Program-made: the position numbers and the translations under genes
Part shown: in pieces, positions 34,001 to 48,500 of the stretch
Layout: the number at the start of each line of letters is the position of its first letter
Numbering within the stretch: the stretch's first letter is position 1
Notes under the pieces: generated by a model
What the model was told of the DNA's origin: nothing
The model's input: the letters and a program-made list of their open reading frames with translations, nothing else
Databases searched by the model: none
NCBI GenBank assembly: GCA_000934665.2
Contig: KZ538143.1
Coordinates: forward strand, 1-64,000
Length of the DNA stretch: 64,000 bases
Direction: 5' to 3'
DNA from: Catajapyx aquilonaris
Taxonomy: Eukaryota

Positions 34001-36563
34001 TAGAAATAATTTGCTCAAATGTAGTTAATTACTTTAAAAATGTGCCGAGGTTTGTATTAAGTTTTGTACTGTTTTAGGGTTCACTGGTTGCCAGGATCAC
34101 AGATCTCGCATGTACATACACTTACAGAGTTCCTTGAATTCCTGAGCAACCTGTTTGCACCAAGATGACATCTGTATTGCACTTTTCATGTAACATTTTT
34201 TTGGGTGATAAAATAAACAAGTGATTTTTTTTTGTTACTTGGGTGTAGGCTTTGTTTTTTTTGTTTTTTATTAAACAATACTGTCATCACAATAAATTCA
34301 TCTGTACCTTTTCCTGCAGTTACCGGGAACAATATTAAAGACAAAGTCCTCCACACTGGTTACGAGGGGGTGGGGGGGGATAAAAAATAACAGAAAAGTT
34401 ATAATAATTAAAGGTCAATGAGGGGAGGGGGGGGGGGGAGATTTTCAAGTGGGATAAAATTGGGGAGAGGGGGGGGATTAAATAGGTATAAACCTACCTA
34501 CACCCAGCTGCCATTAATCAGTGCTTGTTAATCACGGTAATTAACAATTTTTTTAAATCGTCTCCCGCGGGGGCTTCCTGAGTGTAAACCGTCCCAAATC
34601 AAGGAAGCGGAGAACATCACCCACAAAAAATTAAGTACAATCCGTTATTTTTAATGAATTTTTTCTCCCCAAACCACCCCCCCTCCCCCAGTTGTTTTTC
34701 CCAGTAGTAAAATGGTGAATTATCACTGGCAGTGAGGAGAAAACTGTCAAAACTTCGACCCTATCACTCGGTACAAAATAAATTGTTCTTATGCGCCTGT
34801 GCTAACAAATGTTTGGGGCAGGAGGGGAGGGAATTAGGTCGATGCGGATCGGATCACAGGATTTTGGGGAAGGAGGGAGGGAGGGAGGGAATTAAAAAAA
34901 AAAAACAAATAATGAAAAAATAGTGGAATGTTATCCTCACTGGTTTTGCCTTCACCCCAAAAAAATAAATCGAAAAAATAAAATCCAACCATAACCATCG
35001 TGCATACAAAATTGTTTTTTTTTTTTTTATAGCTGTCAGCCTTATTATGTTACGGGGGGGTTAGTTTTTTTTCCTAGGAGAAATAGTTCGGGAAAGAAGA
35101 GTCGCCTACTGTTGTTACCTTTCTTGCTTAGCCTGTGTACCTTCAAAAAATCCTGCCCCCCTTTTCATATATATTTGTAGATATAACCCTTTTTTTAGAA
35201 AAGGGAAGGATGGCAAAGGGGGCTAAGGATGTTTAAGGTATAAATGGAGGGGAGTTTTAATTGTGCTCCTAGTCTCGCTCAAAACTAGCTCAGGATCTGA
35301 GACACTGGGATGGAAAAAGGAAGGCCTGCATCGCTAGCTTTGGAGACAGGGGATAGAAAAAGTGACCAGCACTAATTCGAGTGGCAGAAAAAAGTTTTCT
35401 TTTTCATAGTCGTCCATAGCATGAGTGAGAAAAGTGATTTTTAAAAATCGGTATTTGGGGGCGTGGGAGGAGGGGGGAAGGAGAAAAAACAAACAATAAA
35501 TACGATACGGCACAACTACTGAACACATTTAAAAAGCCGGCTGCGACACTACTACGGGTTATTACTTTTTTGTTTCATACAAAAATTATTCCACCTCCCA
35601 TCCGTGTGTTATTGTTATTTCATTGTTTTTTTTTTGGTGGCTTTTTTGTGCTTTTATCTATTTTTTTCAACTTTTCGCCTAGTTTTTTTCACCCACTACC
35701 TGCAGTTTGCTGTTACAACTCAAAACCAATACAAAATATACAGCTGTCGAGCCATCACATTTACAATTATTTTTTTTACTGTTGGTTTTGTTGTTGTTGT
35801 TTGTAATCACCACTGGTTATTGGTAAATGGTAAAGGACAACAATGGGGATATGTTTGCACAGACGAATCTGCCATTCAACTTATGAACCTGGTGGGCGAG
35901 GGGAAAATAACACGAGAAGAAAACATGTTTAACACTTAAAAAGAAGCTGCCAAAGAAGGCTCATTTTCTGGTTCTCAAGGAGCAAAAAAATAAAAAATAA
36001 AAAAGGTCTCGGGGAAAAAAATACCTATGGCACTTAAATATATATATAGGAAAAAACTTTGGACCCTCTTGCTCACAAAACAACTTCCCAGAAATAACAA
36101 CCACAATGATCCAAGAGTTACAGTTAATTACAAATGGTTTTTTTTTTTGTCTTTTTCAAGGAGTGGTGGTGGTGGGAGGAGAGGAGTGGAGGGGAAAAGG
36201 TGGGTTCACACAACTAACTGGTGCCATCACATTGAATAATAGGTGTTTTACAAGGAATAAAAGAGGATAGGAAGGTCATGGTTGCCTTTTCTTTTTTTTG
36301 CAAGGATATAGTGGGGAGGGGAGGTTTAAATGTACATGTCGATTTTCCCTTATTTTTATCTCGCATTTTCCTCTCACATTTCCGCAGTGGATGCTGCAAT
36401 AAGGTTGCCAATCGGTTCGTCCCTGGCAACCGAGGCTTAAATTGGGTTAGAAATGGAGGGGAATGGAAAAATTGAGACTGGGTTAAGGACTTCTGTGTAG
36501 GGGAAAAAAAACAAGTAGGTACGGTCCGTAATTGTTAACGCGCTATCCCTACCGGATGAGCTC

Positions 36564-39500
36564 CTAAATAGAAAGAGTCGAGTTATCCCACTCCAAGTCC
36601 TTGCTATTCTTTGCTTCTGCCTCTTCATCCGAAGAGTCACCCTCCTCCCGAAAACTGGAACCATCATCAGACGAGTCGTCATCATCATCATCTTCCTCCT
36701 TGCTGTGGGCAGCAGGAGCTTCCAGTTGCTGGAACACAAAATCAAGACATAGTAAAAATAAAGTGTGTAATAACACTAATAAGCCAAGCCACAAAATTGT
36801 CACACTGAATGAGAATGCAAATTGCACGGACACCATTATGCTTTAGTAAAATTGCTTAACGAAATGACTTGCACTTATTGAGCACAGTATTCTTAGCATA
36901 GGCTTAGAATACAGGACAAACCTCCATGGGATTGACGGTGATAGTTAGAGCTGAATCATCCCAAGCCATTTCTGTGTCGGCAATCTCCTCCTGCTGTGCC
37001 CTCTGGTGAGCTGCCCGGATGCGGATCACCCCCAGGACGATCATGAACACCAGGAAGCCAACACACACTACGATAATAATCGTCACTGCATGACCTGAAA
37101 AGCCACTCAGTGTTACAGCTGTTCAAGGGATTCACTCTGGTGCATCAGATTCATACAAACTGCTACTCACTTCCTCCTGCCACAGCCACAGCCTGTGAAG
37201 TGTCCATGAGGTTGGAGGTGAGGTACATGTTGTTGAGGGTCTGCGCTGGCTTGAATTCCACATGATGAGGGTTCAACTGCGCATGGGCAACTTGGGGTTG
37301 CGATGCCTGGGATGGGGCTGCCTGCTCTGCTGATGATGCAGCTGCCTCCTTTGCAGCCTTTGCAGGTGCAGGTTTCTTCACAGTCTCAGGGTGGATAACT
37401 GTCAACTGTAAAGACATGGTTCCAAATAAGGCACAGCTGTCCCCAGTCAATTTTGAAAATCTAACATCAATGATGATAAACGGCAACCTCACACTCACCG
37501 TCTGGACATATTCATTGCTGACAAACCGGCCATTCAGTTCATTGCAGACAAGTTTGAAGGCCCTGTTCAGATAGTATGCTGGCTTCCTGTTGGTGTACTG
37601 GATCTGCCTGAGCACCTGCTCATAGTTGTAGATCATATCTGCACCAGATACTACCACTCCCTCCTTGTTCACCTTTGCCGAGATGCTCAGCTGAGTCAGC
37701 ATGTTGCTTGGGAGGGTCATGGTCTCATGGTCAGGGTTCAGTGGAGGGTATACTGACACTATGCACGAGTCCAACTTCTTCTCTATTACGCTCACTGGTT
37801 CTCCTGCAGAGTAGAAAGCAAAATGTCAGATTGAGTGGTTCGTAATAACAATAATGTGTTTATGAAATAACTGGTTTTTCTAATAACGGCAGTACTAATA
37901 ACACACAATGGTATGTATTACTCATTGTGGCAAACACACATCTAAATGTATCAGTCCCTGCAGTGCTCATCTCAAAATAACTAATTCTCGAAACAAATTT
38001 TCAGCTAGAAAGTCAGTTTCATCTCAATTCACATAACCATCTGACTGTTGCCCGATTGCACCAACAAAATTACTGATTCGAAAGCTCCTAACAGATCGTT
38101 AGCACATCCTTTTAACGTGTGCTAACGATCTGTTAGGAGCTATTCAATCGGTAATTTTGTTAGTGCAATCGGGCATGTGAGTCTAATTTCTTTAGCATGA
38201 ATCTTGTTCCAACATACCATTCTTCCACTCTTCCTCCTCCCTGTCTGTGCTGACAGTGATGCGAACATCAGTGAAGACCCGCACCCCCTGCCTGAAGTCC
38301 TCATACTCTCGGGCAATGTTGGCAGTTCCATTGATCTTGATGGAGGGTTGCTGGGGCTGCAACACCATGATGTAGCTGTCCACAGGGGGCACCTTCACCA
38401 CCTTCCCATACTCGCAGTTCACTTTGGTGGACACATGGATGTTGCGCCGACCAGGAGTAGGGAACTCCCGGGCGTTGCTGTAGCCCACCTTTGCCACCAG
38501 GTTGACCAGGTTGGTCTTGTTGTCACCTTCTATGGTCATCTCAGTGAGGTCTGCAAGTAATAAAACTTGTAGTGCAAATGCTCAACTGACATGCAAACTC
38601 ATACTGGTGGCAGATAGAATGCGTAACATGTGATGTCGGTTTAAAGTACACAAGAAACTGACCACTGTTGGTGAGCAGCTCCATCCCTGGCTCGAGCAAC
38701 TCCATCCCAGGGACCTCAAGGCTCTCCTTGCACTTGTGCAGGCAAGCCAGCACCTCGTTCCTCTCATTCTTGTGCACCAGGATGGACAGGCCAGCAAGGT
38801 AGCCCTTGTAATGATGCTTCATCTTGTTCTCAGAACCCTGCCAGCATGCACCCACTGTCATGGTCGTGTTGAGGCCCTTAGTTGGATGCAGTGGCCAGTC
38901 GTCAATGATCTCAGGGTTGTTTCCTGTTGACTTGAACAACTGTCCATCCACGTACAAGGATGCATCTGGGAATTTCACCGACACTGCGATGTGATGCCAC
39001 TCATTGTCGCACACCTGCAAGGAAGTGTCAGGCGTTACTTTCAAAAGAAAATCCCATTTATAGCTACCCAGTTTTTAAAAACGTTTTCAAATAATGGAAA
39101 TTCATTTTTCATCTAGTTCTAGGCAATTGTACTTCATGATTCTAAAAAGGGCAATATTTTTGCCTAATATTTCAGCAATTATTATCCTAGCTAAAGAAAA
39201 AAACATTGTTGAAATTGCAGGGAAATAGGCACAAATAAGCATTAACGTTTTTTTTTTAAAATACAAAAAGTCAATTTAAAAAAAATACAAAAAGGCAAAC
39301 AACTTCAGATGCTCCTGTTAGAATACCTTGCACATCAACTACAGGTACTTCAAAATATAAAACTGAATCATTGCTTGATATATTTTCTCAAAGACACGCC
39401 ACAAATTTAGGTTGTCAGAAACGTGGTTCACCTGTGCAAGCTTCCACCTCCATTCGGCAGGCCTAAAAGTGTTCAGGTCCCCATCAGTAAACTCTCTCCT

Positions 39501-42500
39501 CATCAACAAAATGAGGCGGCAGTTGCGGATGAAAAGAGCATAGTGGTGGCGGTTCATCTTGTGGTCGTCTGCGTTGCAGATGATGTGCTCCTTCAAGTGC
39601 TTATCCTGGTCTGGAGACGGCTTGTGCTTCAGCCACGTTGACACTGTGAATGTGTCGCTCAACTCATGGTCCAGCACTTCAGCTGGGATCACCACTGCTG
39701 TTGTGGCTCCATCAAACTCGAAGATTTGGTCGGATTCATGGCCCTCATCCATTGGGAGAGACTTGGTCCACTCTGTGCCTGAAGGAATAAAATAAAATGG
39801 TGTTACACTGATGTGGCAAGACGCTTTTAGACACCTCCACAGCTATTTGCAAAACTGAGGAATTATAAATGAAGCAGTGTTCTAGTTACACGCAATTAAA
39901 CCTTCTACATCTGCAAACATTATTCCATGTTTCTGCCTAACACGGTTACTGCCAGGTATTAAATCATTCATAATTTTGCCCTGTATTTTTCCATCTAAAA
40001 TTCCCATTGCAAACATGACAAATATTGCTTTCGTATAGTCATGTGCTTAGGGGTTAATCCTGGTTAGCCATGAATATGGAAATCAGATCCCGTCGAGTAG
40101 CATTTCCTCCCTCAAAATCATAAATATTCAGATAATTGATTGGAGGGCAATAGATAGCTTTACAGCACGAGAAAACTGGAGTTGCACATGCGACGTTTGA
40201 ATCCATTCTAGAATAATTGTTCAGGCCTCTGTCCACTGGCACAAAATAATGAAGCGATTCCAATTTTCGAACAATATGACAAATAAACCATTCAAATAAG
40301 GTCCAAAACAAGTACAAAAAATTTCTACTTATCGCAAATTGTGGTCTCCATCCAATTCAGTACACAAAACAGCATGCGTCAGATCAACTATGCCATTTGA
40401 TTCAATTACTTGTAACATTATCAACAAAAGGCAGCGTAGACCCAGAGTTAGTAGTTGGTCTTGGGAGTACACCTGGGCCGTGAAGAATGAAAACTGACCT
40501 AGGGGTATCCCAGCTGACTTCTGCTTCACTGAGCAGGTGTAATCCTAACTCCAACTACTAACTCCGGAACTAGGAAAATGTAGTACAGTAAATAACTGAT
40601 TGAGCTTTGGAATGGTTCTACTATGGATCAGTTCTAATGGAATCCAGATCATCATTGGTCCAAAAATTTAACATACACAAAAATTTGCCAGTGAAAAGAG
40701 AGCCTTGAGAGCTTTTATTTATTTTTTAATAATTCGGTAGTGCCTTTTCACAGTTCAGGTTCTGGTATAGCATGAACCTTCACATCAAACATCTGCTAAA
40801 ACTAAAGTAGGAAGAAGGTTCCCAAGGGAGGGCACTCCTGGGTAGTTTTCCAGTCACATTAGGCCATCTGAAATAACAACCTTTTCTCTTGACCCTTGGC
40901 AAAGAAGGGAGTGCCAGTCTGCCCAGAAATGTTGGTAGAAAAACCAGACAAGACCTGACCAAGCAAAGGTAACAAGGATCATATTTAAACCATGGATGAC
41001 ATGAATGGCCATGTGTATAACCACTACACCACTAGGCCAGACTTTAGAACTTATCTGGAACCATAATTAAACCAGCCTAGTCGAGGTAAAATTATAATTC
41101 ATTCTTTGTAGCAGTGTATAAATCTAATACAAATATGTAGTTACGTAAGCAAGCAAAATTATTCATCTAATACATAAACAATTGCATACTAAATATAATG
41201 CCCGACATAAAAAGTGATAGTGTCAAGGAAAACTTCAAACCTGCATTTCCCATGTTTCCCTATCCTATTTAGCCTATAACCTGTTCCATTTTTTCGAACC
41301 TCCCAATTGAATTCCCTGGTGGAATAAAATTTCTGCCTGTACGTGCCAATGTTAGAGAGTCTGAGAGAAATATACCCGATCACTCCTTGCATTTTTGATA
41401 CCCTAAAAGATGTACTTCGACTTGTACAGGTCATTCAAGATTATGAACAGGTGAACTGTCAACTCAGGCTATACCTGGGTGTTTCCTGTAATTCGGGACA
41501 GACTTCTAGGGTGTGTAGGGGCTGCTTAAGAAGCACTTTGAGATTGGACACCCATGGTCGGAAACCCATCCCAACGGCACTACAGGGCCTTCAAAATCCC
41601 ACTATTGTAACAATTATTCAATTATTGAATGAAATTGTTTATAACTACACAATGAGCACAATGGAATAAGACAACAATAATGGGATGTCAGTGGACCTTT
41701 TGAGACTTTCTAGCTCTTTTGGGATGGGTTTCCGACCATGGGTGTCCAATCTCAAATTGCTCCTCCAGGCAGCCTCTACACACTCTAGAAGTCTGTCCCA
41801 AATTACAAGAAACACCCTGGTCTATTGGCAAAGCTGGCCTACTTGGCTTACATATTTCTTCCTTTCAACCCCTGGGGCTTCATGCTGCATGAAGGTGAAA
41901 ATTTTCACTAGGGAGTTCGATCCATCCTGATTTGGCTGCTCAAGGCCATGATGCAACGGCAAATATTCTACTGCTGAATAGAGCCCTCTTTACACTAATC
42001 AAGTCTGGAGCTCTGTCCTAAAGCTTGTTTCATTTTGGTCAAATGCAGAGAGGAAACTATGACATCACTTGCCAATCAATTTCTGCTGAGAATTCTCATT
42101 GCTAAAGCAACTTGTGAGAATGCATGCCAGGAATTGTCCGGCATTTGACGCCAGTGCTTGCTCTGTGTCAACCAAAACGAAACAGTGTAGCTCTGGTATA
42201 ACGAAGGCTCTGCCCACAGCCATCACGGCCTTAAGTGCACAAATCAAGTGGGATCGATCTCCTTAGTGAGAATTCTTACCATAATGCAGCATATGGCTCC
42301 TAATATCTTAAATATAGCTGTTATGTGTCTCATCTTCTACAGCTTATGACACTGAAACCATTAGTGCTACTGTCGGATCCAGGCACCCAAGACTGGCAAT
42401 TTCCACAAATTGTCAAAAAGCCTCAAAAACTATGGGGAAGGTGACAGACATAGTCCCAGATCCATTGTAAGTAAACATGGGGAAAAGAGGTTGATGGAGG

Positions 42501-45500
42501 ACCACATGTTTACAAGATGCATGCTTGCTGCAGTGTATTAAGAGTTGTGAACGACAAATGGTTATAATTTTTTTCCCACTTGGCTATTTAACAGGAGGCA
42601 ATTAGGGATGACAATATGCATGTTCAAGTGAGTGATGCTATGATTTCCCCCTTGTACTGAAAAAAAAAAAAAAAAAAAAAAAAACACTGTTTTGCACTGA
42701 CTCAAAAACAGCTGCTATTACAATTTAGGACCTGCTCCAAACTGTGTGGCCTTGTTGCTTCCCCTCAGATTTTTTTGTTTCGTTTACTAAAGTGGCAATG
42801 AGCTACTTCTGTTTCAGTGACATAATAATAACAATAACAACATTTTAAATGCAGATTTTTGGAACAATATCAGCTTGAGCAATACTGAAATTCAGTCTAC
42901 ACTAGAAATGTCTGTTACTGCACTGAAGCAACAACAGCGAGCCACATGCTTGATGGAACTTTTATTATTTTATTGAAAAAAGTGCTTGAGTGTGTCCTCC
43001 ACTCAAATGTAATTAATTGTGATTTTAACCAAGATGTGCTACCTGATATATCCTGCCAGCTTGTTACGAGATAGCCACATATTCACAATTCTGGTCATCC
43101 CCAATTTTACTGGTATGGTGCATGAAGGTATGGGATATCCGGGAGCAACTCCCATGTATCACCAATGCTCACCTAATCCTGGGCTGGGGAGCAGATCCAC
43201 GGAGTCCATGCTGGCACCACACAGTTTCCTTTGGCTCTGCACTGAGTAGGTATCACGGTCACATCCTTTCCCGATATGCCCGGTGGCAAGGTGCACCTTG
43301 GTCTGCAGGGTTCTCAGTCTGCATGGGATGTCACACAGCTCCAGTCCAGCCTCGGGGAACAGGTTTTGCCTCCCGCTCCCTGGGGCGTAGTCAATCCTCT
43401 CAGGGATCCCCTTCCACCCCAGCTTGCACACTCGATTCACCCTCACCGTCACCATCACTGGGGCAGACCGCTTCATCCCGCAGTCATAAGCAACAACAGA
43501 CAAGATGTGGTTGTGACTCTTCTCATAATCCAGTGGCTCTGTGTTCCGTATCACACCCTCATTGTCGATGGTGAATGGTTGGTCATTGGTCAGGATCTCA
43601 TATTTGCAGATATCACCAAACTTCGGAGTGCAATCACGGTCAGTGGCCTCTACTTGGAGGATCTCTTCAAACAGCTTGCCTTCATCCACCTGCTTTACGT
43701 ATGCTGGCTCCAGGAAGGTTGGGGCGTACTCGTTCACATCTACCACTGATATGTGGACTGTCGCGCTGGTGGAGAAAAAGATAAATACATTATGAACCTT
43801 GCAACTGTGTACAAGAACTATGAATATAATCACAATAAAGATGTCAAATAGCAATCTAGTGTCAGTGAATAATCAGTTTAAGTATTCACACTATTGTCAT
43901 GTGGAATGCTTAAATTCTTACTGCATCACAACTTGCACTGGACTTAACCATCAACATGTCATTTTGTGACAAACATCAATTCACATGAAATTTGTATGTC
44001 TTTTTCAGTCCCACAAGCATAACCCAGAATGATTCATGTCACAAATTTTATTAAACAAGACCATCTTATTAAATATCAAGGACATCCATCACAAGCCAAA
44101 TGATTTCAATATTAACTAGTATTCATTAGCAATTGAAGGGGTTAGTGCCATAACGTGCTAAGCCACACTTTTGTGTTTTTTGAGCTTGCACGTGTCTGAA
44201 AGTCCCACCATCATGCTTCACAAGTGGGCATCACGTAGTTAGAAAAATTCCCCATAGATCACGAGAAAATCACGAATAATGTTCCTTGTTTTGTATGATT
44301 TGCCATATTAAGCCAAACTTTTGAAAGCCCATATCTCAGAATGAAGGTTTTGTGGCTTAGCACGTTATGGCACTAACCCATTCAATTTATCCTACAGCCA
44401 GGATATCACCAGTTATGAAGGCCCTGTTTGGAGGAAGTGCATAATATCCAACATTTGAAATGCAGATGTTTTCAGATTTAAACAACTGCTCCCTTCACAA
44501 GGCTACATTCTTTATACAAGCAGATTAACTGCTATGCAAGGCTACCAAGGATATAAAGATTTGAATATGTTGATATCAGGCAAGTATCTGTCATGTAATA
44601 CACAAATCTTTGGTTATTTAAATTGTTTGGTTAGAGGCCTATCCATAAATAATCTACAGATCAACTTGAAGACGTCACAAGAGCTCAAAAACAAGTAGTG
44701 GCAACACTGCTGCCAATGACGCAGATTGACACAAGTGTGACTGTTAGCTTAAGGGCTTTGGATGTCAGGGATGTGTGCCAGAAATTTACTGCATGTATGA
44801 AATTAAGCGGGTGTGGACAAATCCGTGAAGTTAGTAGCTCTTTATGCAGTGCTCTGAAACATGTTTAACAAATTTGAACAGAGTGTCTCAATAAAAAATT
44901 AGGTTGTGCTTGATCACAGGCACAGGGGATACTGGTCTTCAGAAAGCATCAGGCTGTGACAACAAATACATTGCCATACCTGACAATCCAGCTCAGAAGT
45001 TTCCTGACTTCACAATGATCAAACACAATGCCATATTATTCCCAGAAAATCTGAGACATTCTCATCACATCCCCAACCAAACAATTTACTGCTTCATTGT
45101 CATTCCTGTTTGCCCACACACCATGAAACACTGACAATTGATAAATAATCTTCTATTCTCATATCAGAGTTGAAAAACCTTTTGAATACAAGGTGAATTT
45201 TTTGTTATATGCCAAGTGACCTGATTCTCTAATATAATGCTTTAATTGTTTTTACCAAATTTCTACATAAAGGACCAGTGTATGAACACAAATCAATCCC
45301 TATACATAACTGGCATGGGTAAACCTGACCCTAACTTTGTTATTCCTCAATTAAACTTCCAGATTTGTGAGTGACATTTATTTCATGGGGTGAAACCCAC
45401 TCTGACGTGAGTCAAGTGTGACACTATATTAAGCACAAACGCCTTCGTAAAGGAAGATGACTCCTGATTATTTATCTGAACCAGCAACTATGCATGTCTA

Positions 45501-48500
45501 ATGGGAAGGTACATGATTTATACCCTCCACTGAATCTTAAATGATATGCAACTGTAACATTCCTAATACTACTTTAGAAACTGCTACTTATACTGTAGAA
45601 ATATGCAGAATTAATGTTACGCCTATTGCATGACTACCCCTTCCAAAAGAACCATGTCCTGTTTCTGACATTCTTGTGCCTTATATTCAGCCTCGAAACA
45701 TCAAACTGCTTAAATGTGTTGCAGTCCCACTGAACGTGACACCATATAACAAAGCATTCTGTGGCATGCAGGTATAAATCATAGCCAACTTGGGAGCCTG
45801 TATACCCAAGGGATCTGGCCGGCTGGTATCAAGTGGAGTAATTATTGTGACTCCTCCTTCCCTCATCTCGTTCCTTGCCAGTTAGCCGTCAGATGTGCAT
45901 TTCCTAAAATCCAGTCACCCCTAACTGTACTGGCATACCACAGATATGCAGTAATACAGGAATAGGGACCGACTTAAAGATTTAAAAAAACTACCATATA
46001 GGTATATTTTTTAATTTGATTCGCCTTGAAACATAATTTAGAGCTCTTAACATTGTACCAGAAAATCCAGAAAAATTTAGTGAATCATGTCAAATTCACC
46101 CACTATCTTCCTGCAGTATGGTAAGGACTTCTTAAATTCCTCTGCAGTGAACTAAAGTTCATCATTATTATTTTAAGCGCCTTAGCCTTCAACACACAAA
46201 GGTTCAATCCAGCATGGCAACATTATAATTCATGTTTGCATATCCTACACACCAGCATAAAATACCTGTCAAGCCTACTTTAAAAATACAATATAACCAG
46301 ATGGTCAAATGGTATAGTACAGGCAATAAGATGACATTAACATGAACTCACCTAATTATTCAACTTATCAGTTAACTGTCCACTGCATTTAATGCAAAGT
46401 TACATGTATTGAGAAACTAATTATAAACTCACTGCTTGCTACTTATTCCCTAAAGGTTAAACAACATTTACTTTGGGTTAAATTAATGTGCATATTCTGT
46501 TCAGCATGCATTATGTATAGTCACTCACTCCCTTTGAAGTTATATCAAAATTGAATTTGAGATGAGCAAATTCATTTGGGGAAGATTTAACTAAATTTAG
46601 TAGTGTAGGCTAACAAAAAATTGTGCTTACAGCAATATTCTGCTTATTTAGCTATTTTTACACTATGTGGAAATATTAGGTTACTTCAAGTAGATGAAAG
46701 TAACTGATTACATAGATTTTCATACAATCATGTCCATAAAACAAAATATGATGTCCAATAATTAGTTTTTTCATCCTGCTCGTACAGGCACGTTTTCCAT
46801 TTTCATATCTGACACTAGTGTAATAAAAACGCCAAGGGCCTTGGCAATGACAACATTAAATGTCCAAATATTGAACAAATACTAAGCAACAAATGTGTGT
46901 CCCAAGCATGTAAGGTAGACTGGTAGAGGATCAATAAAGAAGCCTTTTAATTTTTTTGGCACAGTGTGCAGCATTGGGCAAAAATATCATGGCACAAGTA
47001 GCCTTATACTTTCTGATTATGAAACATAAATAAGTGTCATTTCTATAAGCAGTGTTTCATCTTTGCTGGTCTACCCTGTATAATCTGGCCATGTGCTAAT
47101 GGCATGATGTAATAACATAACATACAATATATATTTCACCTACACTTCTGATGAGTGTCCATGACAATATTGTAATGATAGTAAATCTGATTTAGTATGA
47201 CTGACACCTCAGTATAATTGCGAAGGATCCATTGCAGGAGTGTTTTGGTATGAACAGCTATAATTTTTATTAGGTGTTCTTAACAGTGTCAGATGTATTT
47301 TTAAAAGTATGTTTTGTCCCAGCTACTCTGGTATTGAAAAAAATCAGCATTTGAAATGCAAACTTGCAATATTTATAATGGAAAATCGCCACAAAAGGCT
47401 ACGGGAACCTTCGAGATTTTTTCCTTTCATTTTTCAAAGCAATGGTAGATGATGGCTGATTTTTTGAATTGCATATTGTTCACTCAAGTTACTGTTGATT
47501 GTGGAGTTAGTTACACATGGCTCATTCAAACAGTAAACCACAACTTTGCATTAATTTCTTGAATTCCAGTTTTCTAAACAATTCAAAACTACAAAAATCA
47601 GCCATCAACTGCTAATGTCCTGAAAAATCAAATAAAAACTGCTGATGTCCCTGGCGCCCACTGAGCAGTTTAAATATGAAAAAATCTGTGCAATTTTTAA
47701 TTTCAAATGCTGATTTTAGTAACAACAGCTAATTGATGGGGAAAAAACTGACAAGTTTCATTTTTCATTTATTATTGGGAAAATATTCCACTAAAAATTA
47801 TGGTAGTTCATGGCAAAAACATTCCCACAACAAATCATTTCAACAGCAATAGAGATGTGGAGCAAATGTGCACATGCTGGTCCACATAAGTTGGAGATTC
47901 GTTACGTAAAAGTCACTCACTTTTCTGACAGCTCCCCAGCACAGCTTAATGCTGCGATGTCAAACTTGTAGTTCTTCCTCTTCTCGCAGTTCAGAGGCTT
48001 CTTGGCGCGAAGCTCAGCTTCTCCTTTATCCTGGTTTTTCAGGATAATCTGGAAAGAGAAAGAGGTAAAAATGCAGCAACAAAAGGAGGCACAGCTCGTT
48101 AGCATAATCCATGTTTCAAGTACTTTTAACGAGGAAAGAAAAAAGGAGCAACCCAAGCGCAGGCAGGTAATGACATCTCTGAGTTTACATTGCTCCAGGC
48201 CTTGAGAAAACAGCAACTTCAAGGAACATGTGGCCGTTTGCTGCAGGCAGTCTTAATTGCATTCCTTGTGTACAGTACCATTTATTGATCGTCATGCTGC
48301 AAACCATTTTTACCTGCAGATAAATTTTTCTGCACTCGTAAATTTCATAAATTACACTCCCAAGTAGCCGCAGGGAACCTAGATGTACTCCAGCCCTACC
48401 TCTCACATTTTATTGTCTGTAACAAAGTATAGGCTACTTCTACTCAGCACTATGAGGAGCGGGAACTTTTCACCCGCCATGCAGTAAGTTTTCCTAATGA

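Noticed and set aside
40870..40965. Possible Penelope-like 3' terminus
   Set aside because: The resemblance is too short and degenerate to call by eye.
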